Of a stretch of DNA of 27,793 nt, positions 1-7,600 are shown piece by piece. The translations under genes were made by a program, and so were the position numbers. Location of the stretch: positions 62,001-89,793 of the IMG/VR virus record IMGVR_UViG_3300030116_001948. One strand, 5' to 3'. A model generated the notes under the pieces. The model saw only the letters and a list, made by a program, of their open reading frames with translations, ran no database searches and was not told where the DNA came from. Each line of letters opens with the position of its first letter. Positions within the stretch are counted from its first letter, which is position 1. This stretch comes from an uncultured virus (IMG/VR IMGVR_UViG_3300030116_001948). Lineage: Duplodnaviria; Heunggongvirae; Uroviricota; Caudoviricetes.

Positions 1-11
1 AATTACTTCTA

Positions 12-61
12 TTATTTGCAGTATGTTACGGCATATTATATGCTTGTAATTATGTAAATAA
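12..61 (+). other. Long imperfect hairpin in the leader of the replication module
   Basis: TTATTTGCA(12-20) pairs with TGTAAATAA(53-61), GTTACG(25-30) with TGTAAT(45-50), and GCATA(31-35) with TATGC(39-43) around a TTA loop. There are G-U pairs and single-nt bulges. Confidence 0.45.
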
Positions 62-84
62 ATCTGATAAAAAGTAGTAAAAAC

Positions 85-127
85 GCTTGGATAATTGAGT
101 TGGGAATACTAACTTAGTTATCCAAGC
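85..127 (+). promoter_or_regulatory. 19-bp RNA hairpin (3 G-U pairs, GAATA loop) upstream of the first gene; possible processing or regulatory stem
   Basis: GCTTGGATAATTGAGTTGG(85-103)-GAATA-CTAACTTAGTTATCCAAGC(109-127) pairs without interruption if G-U is allowed on the + strand. Confidence 0.65.
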
Positions 128-136
128 TAACCAATA

Positions 137-156
137 TAAACAAATAAACGGAGGAA
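137..156 (+). repeat. 20-nt direct repeat copy 1 (TAAACAAATAAACGGAGGAA) containing the Shine-Dalgarno of ORF 161
   Basis: Exact match to 3545-3564. GGAGG lies just upstream of ATG161. Confidence 0.85.
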
Positions 157-160
157 CCTT

Positions 161-742
161 ATGGGATTTAATCTGAAAGATTATGCCTTAGTTAACGATC
201 GTATTAAAGAGTTTCATAATATGTATCCATACGGCATGATAGTGACTAAAGTAATAGAAGTCACACAAGTAATAGATACACCAACTGGAGAACAATGCAA
301 TGAATACAGAATCCAAGCAACGGTCACGCCTAATGTACTCGAAGTACCAGAAAGATATTTCACTGGAACAGCAGCTGAGCGAGACAATACTGGCTTTGTT
401 AATAAGACGAGTGCTATGGAAAATTGCGAGACGAGTGCCGTCGGTAGGGCACTTGCCAATATGGGTATTGGTGCAGATTTTGCCATTGCTAGCAAAGAAG
501 AAGTTGAGAATGCTAAGGCAAAACAAGCAGTATTCAAACCTAAAGTTAAGGAACTTACAGAAATTGACACGCTTGCAAAAAAGTGTGAAAAGGCTCAAGT
601 AATTCCCGAAGAAGCTTATCTAGCATATACTAAAAAACGTGAAAGCGGATTTTATGATACTGTTGCTAGAGTAAAAACAGCTAAGAAATACTTCGAAGAT
701 CAACTTAAGGAGGCAGAGAATGTCAAAAAAGAAAATGCCTAG
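161..742 (+). CDS. Probable single-strand annealing protein (Rad52/Sak-like phage recombinase)
   Basis: 193 aa with GGAGG RBS. Motifs DYxxVxDRI and NKTSAMENCETSAVGRALANMGIG are recurrent in phage SSAP-like proteins. It sits upstream of an SSB. Confidence 0.65.
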   Translation: MGFNLKDYALVNDRIKEFHNMYPYGMIVTKVIEVTQVIDTPTGEQCNEYRIQATVTPNVLEVPERYFTGTAAERDNTGFVNKTSAMENCETSAVGRALANMGIGADFAIASKEEVENAKAKQAVFKPKVKELTEIDTLAKKCEKAQVIPEEAYLAYTKKRESGFYDTVARVKTAKKYFEDQLKEAENVKKENA

Positions 743-974
743 TGAACATAGAATAGGTTCTATGGAACCTGGCGAAACAAAACATATAGTAAACGACTTT
801 GGTACTTTTGTTTTAATTAAAATACCATTCGAGAAAGACGAATTACTAGATGTAGAGTTAGCAGACTATGCTAAATCAATGGATGCACTTAGCACTTATA
901 TTGAAAATATCAATCAAGGGCTAATTGACGGTGCATCAGAACGTAATCAAGATCACGCTAATGACCAAAGATAA
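720..974 (+). CDS. Hypothetical protein (84 aa)
   Basis: GGAGG at 709-713 precedes ATG720. The ORF fills the gap between the SSAP and SSB genes. Confidence 0.75.
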   Translation: MSKKKMPSEHRIGSMEPGETKHIVNDFGTFVLIKIPFEKDELLDVELADYAKSMDALSTYIENINQGLIDGASERNQDHANDQR

Positions 975-985
975 GGAGGTATCAT

Positions 986-1510
986 ATGGCAATTACGGGT
1001 ACTAAGGTAAAGTCACAAGGTGGCGGAAATAAACCTTATTTCATTAACAAATGCTTCATTGTTGGAGCAGAACAAATCGAATCACAGTATACTGATACAA
1101 CAGTTAAATTAGAACTTGAAGACTCTACTAACGGATACAAGTCTAATTTATTCCTAAATCAAAACTATGAGAAAGATACAAACGGTGTAGTATTGGATTT
1201 AAAATATCCAGACTTAGTAAACACATTGTATCTTGCAGCTGGTAAAGATTTAGAAGTATCTGATACTGGTGACATTAATTTAGATGTCTTAGCAAATGCA
1301 AAGATTGCAGTATTAAGTTATCAGTCTACTGGTAAATACAAACGTAATCTTTGGAACAGAGTTTCTTCTTGGGAAGATACAGATCAACTTGAGAAAGACT
1401 TTGAAAAATCACTAAAACAAGGTTATCCACAAAACTTTCGTAAAGGAACATCAGAACCTGCCGTACCTGAAGTTCAAGAAAGTGTAAGTGTAGATGACTT
1501 ACCATTTTAA
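986..1510 (+). CDS. Probable single-stranded DNA-binding protein
   Basis: AAGGAGGT RBS. 174 aa with a beta-rich N-terminal part and the acidic C-terminal tail ...SVSVDDLPF typical of SSBs. Located between the SSAP and the primase-helicase. Confidence 0.7.
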   Translation: MAITGTKVKSQGGGNKPYFINKCFIVGAEQIESQYTDTTVKLELEDSTNGYKSNLFLNQNYEKDTNGVVLDLKYPDLVNTLYLAAGKDLEVSDTGDINLDVLANAKIAVLSYQSTGKYKRNLWNRVSSWEDTDQLEKDFEKSLKQGYPQNFRKGTSEPAVPEVQESVSVDDLPF

Positions 1511-1776
1511 TGACTGCTAAAACTATTGTTATCAATTGGCTTGACTCTTTAGAAAACGGTGAAGTATTCTTTACCTGGAACTTTGAGAGTCAAGTACCAC
1601 ATTATGGTAAAATCAAGTATAACAAAATACATACGGCAAGTACATATTCCAGAGCATTTAGAAAGTTGCGTGAAGAAAATATATTTACCGACGAGCTTAT
1701 GGGATTTGCACTAAAAGAAGTTAAATCGGCAACTAATGGGAAAATAAAAGGATGGAAGAAAATAAATACTATCTAG
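1510..1776 (+). CDS. Hypothetical protein, possible winged-helix DNA-binding protein (88 aa)
   Basis: TAATG coupling to the SSB gene. The helix STYSRAFRKLRE is followed by short beta strands; the fold is inferred. Confidence 0.65.
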   Translation: MTAKTIVINWLDSLENGEVFFTWNFESQVPHYGKIKYNKIHTASTYSRAFRKLREENIFTDELMGFALKEVKSATNGKIKGWKKINTI

Positions 1777-3590
1777 AACTAGTAGAAGGTAGTCTATCCA
1801 AACGTAACTCTATTGCTGATGTCGTTACTTATCAAAAGAAAGTTATAGACAATGCGTGGAAAGGAACAGAAATGTATCGTTCTTATTTCACATTTGGTCA
1901 AGACTTTAAAGATCACGTTGAAGAAACAGAGTCCGTAAAAGGATTTAATGGTATTGCATATATCGATTACATTATACTTGACATCGATAAAGGCGATATA
2001 CCTGACGACCATTTTATAGGATATGTTCAACAATGTATATCTGAAATGTTTGATAAGGGCGTAATGGAAGAAGACATAAACTTATGGTTTAGTGGTAGTG
2101 GTTTCCATATTGAGATGAAGAATGTTTTTGGTTTACAACCAAGCAGAGACATACACGAAAAGCTTAAACTAACAATGAATAAGCATTTCGACTTTGCAGA
2201 TAGCATCTATGATAAGACAAGGATCATTCGATGCAAATGGTCGTTAAACACAAAGACAAACCTCCACAAGATATGGATTCCACTACAACTACTATCAGAC
2301 TTAGATATGGATATGATACAAGAAATATCATCGTCTCAGTCAAGCTATATGAGTTATGTCAATAAAACTCAATCAGCTATGAATACTAGTTTCTTTGCTA
2401 CATTATTTACAGAACCTACAGTAGAACCTTATTTACAATCTATGGTAGTTGCATCTCCTACGATTCAGTATACAAACAAGAATACCAACACGGATTCTGA
2501 TGTTACATCCGTAGTATCTTGTATGCAACACGTATTTAACGAAGGTCCTATGAAAGGTTCTAGAAATATGAAACTAATGCGAATGGTTAGTGCATATAAA
2601 AGAGCTGGTGTTCCTATGTTAGTTGCCCTTAATGGTATGTTTACCTGGGCAGATAACACAATGTCTGAAGAAGAAATAAAAAGAACAGTAACAAATGTTT
2701 ACGAAGGTTCATATCAATACGGTTGTGATGACCACATTATGGCAGAATATTGCGATTCAAAATGTATTTATTACAAACGTAAAGATTATACTCTTGATAT
2801 TAAAGGTGTAGATGCGTTAGAAGATGCACTAAGAACCTATGTAACAAAACAACTAGAGCAAAACTCTATCAAGCTGCAAGATATATATGGTTGTAATCCA
2901 TATCAATTTAGTCCTGGTGAGTTAGTAATATTCTCTGGTGATACTGGTCTTGGTAAGACAGCTTTTATACAAGACTTAATTGTAAAAGCAAAACAACAGA
3001 CATTGTTTTTGTCGTTAGAAATGAACGAACAACTTATTTTTAGACGATTTGTACAAATTGCTACAAACAAATCTAAAGAGTGGGTTCTTGAACAATACAA
3101 GACTAATCCAGACTTTAGTATTAAAGATAAGTTAGATCATGTCCAAGTAATGACAATAGCACCAAGGATAGAATCTATCAAGAAAGTAGTAGCAGAATAT
3201 GAACCTAAGGTTCTTGTTGTAGATACTACAGACGAAGTTGAAGTTGATTTTGTTAAAGGTGAAATTGAAAAACAAAATGTAGTTATTGGTGCATTAAAAC
3301 AAATAGCACAGAAAACTAATATAATAATTATAGCAATTCATCACTTAAACAAAACATCGGCAGCTAACAATGTTATTAACTTGCATTCTTTAAAAGGTAG
3401 TAGTAACGTTGTACAAAAAGCAGATAAGGTTGTATTGATTAAAGGCAACAGAAACGATCCAGCAAGAGAGATTACATCAGTAAAATCTCGTGACGAAGGT
3501 CAGTTCAAGATGTTAGCAGCATTCAATGCAACTAATATGACATTTAAACAAATAAACGGAGGAAATACATATGTTGAAGAAGTTGTTTAG
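1752..3590 (+). CDS. Fused AEP primase(-polymerase) / four-Cys domain / SF4 (DnaB-like) helicase
   Basis: AEP motifs are hhhDID (D77/D79), SGSGFH (114-119) and DKTRIIR. The middle domain has C257, C325, C334 and C338. Helicase motifs are Walker A GDTGLGKT (396-403), LSLEM, Walker B VLVVD, IHHLNK, LKGSSNVVQKAD and a KSR finger. Confidence 0.9.
   Translation: MEENKYYLELVEGSLSKRNSIADVVTYQKKVIDNAWKGTEMYRSYFTFGQDFKDHVEETESVKGFNGIAYIDYIILDIDKGDIPDDHFIGYVQQCISEMFDKGVMEEDINLWFSGSGFHIEMKNVFGLQPSRDIHEKLKLTMNKHFDFADSIYDKTRIIRCKWSLNTKTNLHKIWIPLQLLSDLDMDMIQEISSSQSSYMSYVNKTQSAMNTSFFATLFTEPTVEPYLQSMVVASPTIQYTNKNTNTDSDVTSVVSCMQHVFNEGPMKGSRNMKLMRMVSAYKRAGVPMLVALNGMFTWADNTMSEEEIKRTVTNVYEGSYQYGCDDHIMAEYCDSKCIYYKRKDYTLDIKGVDALEDALRTYVTKQLEQNSIKLQDIYGCNPYQFSPGELVIFSGDTGLGKTAFIQDLIVKAKQQTLFLSLEMNEQLIFRRFVQIATNKSKEWVLEQYKTNPDFSIKDKLDHVQVMTIAPRIESIKKVVAEYEPKVLVVDTTDEVEVDFVKGEIEKQNVVIGALKQIAQKTNIIIIAIHHLNKTSAANNVINLHSLKGSSNVVQKADKVVLIKGNRNDPAREITSVKSRDEGQFKMLAAFNATNMTFKQINGGNTYVEEVV
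3545..3564 (+). repeat. 20-nt direct repeat copy 2, inside the helicase 3' end, containing the RBS of ORF 3571
   Basis: Identical to 137-156. Confidence 0.85.
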
Positions 3591-3834
3591 CGCACAATAT
3601 GTAGATAAAAACAATATACAAAAAGCAGAATTACGTTTGCTTAAGTTTATTGTATTGTCCACACGAATGGATAATAATTTCGGTAACCACTTATGGTTCG
3701 ATACCAGATTCGGTCCAATGGAGTTTTCATTTGGTCTAAGATACTGGGACGAGTCACCAGAAGCTATTAAGAAATACGAGGAAGATTTCAACATCGTTAG
3801 TATGCAAGGAAATCTTGGCGGAAGTGACGCATAA
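3571..3834 (+). CDS. Hypothetical protein (87 aa)
   Basis: GGAGG RBS before ATG3571. It overlaps neighbouring genes in operon fashion. Confidence 0.75.
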   Translation: MLKKLFSAQYVDKNNIQKAELRLLKFIVLSTRMDNNFGNHLWFDTRFGPMEFSFGLRYWDESPEAIKKYEEDFNIVSMQGNLGGSDA

Positions 3835-4168
3835 AAATAAAGTACGTGGTAACAATCTCGAACGTGAGATAGTAAACACAGCTAAGGACATGGGCATGTA
3901 TGCAAAACGTGCCTATGCTTCCGACGGTAGATCGTTAGGAAAATCAGAAGTAGTTGATGTGATAGTAGAAGATACTACAATACAAGCAAAACGAAAAAAG
4001 AAAGTTGCTCAATGGTTGTATCCAGACTATCACGGAGACGATGTTGATGCAGTTGTTACACGTATGGATAGAAAAGAAGCTCTTGCTATAATACCATTAA
4101 AGAGATTCTTAAGACTATTACAAATTGAAAAGGAGAATCGTGATGGATTTGAACAAGAAAGAAGCTGA
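3815..4168 (+). CDS. PD-(D/E)xK nuclease, Hjc-like Holliday junction resolvase
   Basis: The pattern RGNNLEREIV...VDVIV...IQAK matches the small Hjc-type motif (G..xE.E, D, Q/E-x-K). The start is uncertain (TTG3815 or GTG3824). Confidence 0.75.
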   Translation: MAEVTHKNKVRGNNLEREIVNTAKDMGMYAKRAYASDGRSLGKSEVVDVIVEDTTIQAKRKKKVAQWLYPDYHGDDVDAVVTRMDRKEALAIIPLKRFLRLLQIEKENRDGFEQERS

Positions 4169-4319
4169 AGCTATACTATCAATAGCTAAGAAAATTATTG
4201 TTGCAATAGAAAAAAATAACAATAAAATTGTAAGATCAACCGAAGATAGGCTTGATCACGATGATATTGATTTGACTGGTGTTAGAGCACCAGAAAAATG
4301 TGAAGAATGTAACGATTAA
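4143..4319 (+). CDS. Hypothetical protein (58 aa) ending in CEECND
   Basis: AAGGAG at 4130-4135 supports ATG4143 rather than the track's TTG4125. Confidence 0.7.
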   Translation: MDLNKKEAEAILSIAKKIIVAIEKNNNKIVRSTEDRLDHDDIDLTGVRAPEKCEECND

Positions 4320-4342
4320 AGTTGTTATTTACCATATAACAA

Positions 4343-4463
4343 AACTGCCCGCTTATGAAAATACATGTTTGGTTGGCTACTAAAACAAGACATAACTTAG
4401 TCGCTATGTCTTCGTATTTATGTATAAATAATCTTAAAGAGATTATAACGTAAGCGGGCGGTT
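4343..4463 (+). ncRNA. Candidate branched structured RNA or cis-regulatory element
   Basis: A 15-bp closing stem (4343-4357/4449-4463, two G-U) encloses AAATAC/GTATTT and three hairpins at 4366-4387, 4388-4411 and 4428-4446. Confidence 0.55.
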
Positions 4464-4479
4464 CGAAAGGAAAGCAAAT

Positions 4480-4611
4480 ATGGACAAAAAAGAAAAAGAA
4501 ATGTTTATAAATGAAACGAAAGAACTAATAAGTTTGACTGAACAAGCAATAAATCTTTTGACCACAAAACATAAAAGGTTAAAAGATTTGTTGCGTATTT
4601 TAAAAAAATAA
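4480..4611 (+). CDS. Small helical hypothetical protein (43 aa, MDKKEKEMFINETKELISLTEQAINLLTTKHKRLKDLLRILKK)
   Basis: Translated by hand because it is not in the ORF track. AAAGGAAAG lies upstream. It is the last + strand gene before the convergence point. Confidence 0.55.
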   Translation: MDKKEKEMFINETKELISLTEQAINLLTTKHKRLKDLLRILKK

Positions 4612-4635
4612 TTCCTATGCCGTATGAAAAAGACG

Positions 4636-7600
4636 TCAAGTCGTTGGATCTTCGTTTATCTCTCTCTGCTCGGCTTGACGTCTGACCTTTGCCATATGCC
4701 ACTTAAAGCTATTATATGGTAATCCAGTCTGATATTCCACAGCGTATTTTGGATTGTTAACAGTCTTATATACATCTCTAGCAAATCTACCACCTGGTAC
4801 ATAAGTCCAAGCAGTATACTTCCAGAATGCTTCATAGTCACCATTAACCATACCATTAATGTGTGGTAATATAAATCTACTTGCTGGTGGTGTTATAATT
4901 TGCAATGGTGCTAATGCTTGTATTGGATACTGATTAAAAAATGCTTTTTTTCTAGTTTCTTCATCGCCAAATAAAAACTCCGCAGTTTCTTTCATCCAAG
5001 ACATTGGTGGTGATAATGCATATTCAAATATAGAATAAGCAAACAATGTACCTAGTGCCATTGTCATCATATCATTAGCTACTTGTCTTTGGAATCGTTT
5101 TGTAACCTCAAAGTTTGGATGACCTTCTGCTGCCATCATATCTTCAAAGATCACCTTTCTTCTACGTATACTATTCCACGCATACGGCTGAAAACGTGTC
5201 ATAATACGTCCAAAAGCTGTATTACTAAAGTTAGGTCTAAATGTAGCGTGATAAATAAACTGAGACGCTTCTACGCCTTTTCTAGCACTATCTACTAAAA
5301 ACTCATCTGTTACTCTTACATTTCCTTCAAGATCAGAATAAATTTCTCTAGCTTTTAAATAATGTGCTAAGAATGCTTTACGTCTCAAATGTTTTTCAGT
5401 AGAAGACATAAAGAAACTACCTTTATCCATTACTGCTTTATTAACGTTATATTTTTTAGCTAACTCACCTACAGTAGTATTAACGTATTTATTAATTTTA
5501 TCGTTTACTTCTTTACTATTACCATATAGTTTTTCAGCTCTAGTATGTGCAGTAACTTTCTTTACTAATTCTTTTAAAAACTTTTTAGCCTGCACAGGTT
5601 CATTTGCTTGTATATATGCCAACTCTTGTAATAGATTACCTTCAAGTAATCCTAATGAATCAATCATTTCATGTATATCTTCTCTATTACGTAGTTCTCT
5701 AAATTCAAACTTACCTGTTTGTTTATTAAATAATTTAAACTTTTGACCAGCAAATACTTCTTTAATTAAATAATTAGTGTCTCCTGATTTAAAGAAATGA
5801 TCAAACCCTGTATCAGTAATAATGTTTTGATAACCACCATAGATATTTGTAATAGCTGCTTTAGGACTAAACAATAATGATAACAATTCAAATCTACCTT
5901 CAAGATCAGAAATATACTGTGCACGATCTACTAATGCTTTATGTCTAGCTTGTACATTGTCTGGTAATGACGGAAATAGTTTCTTCCCTGTAATACCACC
6001 ATATACTTTAGATATTCTATTTTCTAGTTTTAATCCTAGATTACCAACACTTTCATCACTAAACCATTGTCTTGGTGTATTATTAATATTGAGTTTGTCT
6101 ATATTTTCATCTTTAATAAACTCGTTAAGATTCTTAATAGTTTGTGTTTCTAAATATTTAGCAAACTGTTTCTTAACATTTTCATACATTTTTTGTTTTA
6201 AGTTTGCCATTTCTACTATTATTTCTTCTTTACGCTGCTCACTTTTAACAGTTTTTAATTCTTTACGTAATGCATTTAATTTATTACCATTAGTAGACTT
6301 ATACGCTCTAACAATTAATTCACGTTTTTTCATACGTTGTTCACTAGTAGTAGGTATTGATTGCTGCTCTAGATCATATAATAGTTTTTTACTTACTACA
6401 TCTAGCTTACCAACTTTCCATTCTTGGTCAAAGTTTGCTTTTTGCCAATCTTTTAATAGTTGCATTTCTTTAGCTGTAACACCGTGTACTTCTAATACTC
6501 TTGTTGAAGGGAAACCCATATACCCTCTAGTAAAATCAATCATTGTAGCGTGCCATTTTTCAGCGTTTTCACGCATACGTGGATTCTGTTTAGATTGTGT
6601 TAAAAACTTATCTAAATAAATTCTACTATACATAGCACCAATGTTTTGCATTAAACCTCTACTTAAACTATTCATATAGTCTAATGGTACATTACCATCA
6701 CTTCTCCAACCAGGCATAGAACGTTCTAAACGTGAACGTGCGTGTGTTGTAGTACCCATACCAGGATAAGGATTCTTACCTTTTCTAGTGCTAATCTGAT
6801 TTAACATGTCCATAGCTTCTGGATCTATATATGGATTCTCATACTTGTTTTGCTCAAGAACTTTATTCTCAAGTCTTTGGTATTCTAATTCTTTTGCTTC
6901 CTTAAATGTAATTAATCTATCTCTAACATCTTCTGCAAGCTTAGCATCAGTAAGCTGCTTGTAGTTTGTTTTAGCCATAATACGTTCTTTTTCAGTTGGT
7001 AGCCATTCTTCTTGAATAAACTTTCTATTAAGTTTTGTATCCATTTGTCCCATTTGTGGAAAGAATCTATCAGATACACCATCTTCTGCAAACTTACCAA
7101 CTTCACTTGACCATTCACCATACTTACCACTAAATGCTCTAATGTCTCTACGAACTTTGTCAGCCATACTAATAGTTTTCTTACCTTCTTTTATTTTTGT
7201 TCTACCTAATGCATTCCAATCTAACGAACCGTTGTTGTTTACATAGTCAGAATACTTATCAAGAATGTGATCACGTAGATTCAAATGAAACTTAATCCAT
7301 ACCATATCATCGTAATGGAAGTGATTCTTTTGTACATCAAACCCAGTTTGTTTATCTGCTTGTAATCGAACAGTTTTATCAAACCATAACAATCTACGTA
7401 CTTCAATTAATCCGTGTTTGTTTAAAAACAATTGTGCCATACGTTGTTGCCAATACTTTGGATGACCTTCTGGTAATGTAGTATTAGAAAAAAACTCTAA
7501 TGGAAATGTAGTTTGCTGCTCAAATAATTTACCAATGTTTTTATAATTACTCTTAATCATACTATTTAAAGAGTATTCCATAATAGGTTGTATTACTTCA

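Noticed and set aside
188..3794. Minus-strand and alternate-frame ORFs over the replication genes
   Set aside because: They overlap well-supported genes completely and have no motifs.
110..4401. Shared 9-mer TAACTTAGT in both structured regions (110-118 and 4393-4401)
   Set aside because: It is short and AT-rich, and it lies in a stem in one case and a loop in the other, so it is probably chance.
4343..4470. tRNA or hammerhead ribozyme (GGTTCGAAA near 4460)
   Set aside because: The GTTCGA lies at the end of the closing stem rather than in a T-loop, and the arm lengths do not fit a cloverleaf. There is no CUGANGA hammerhead core.
4612..4635. Bidirectional terminator between the convergent modules
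   Set aside because: There is no convincing GC-rich stem in the 24-nt gap.
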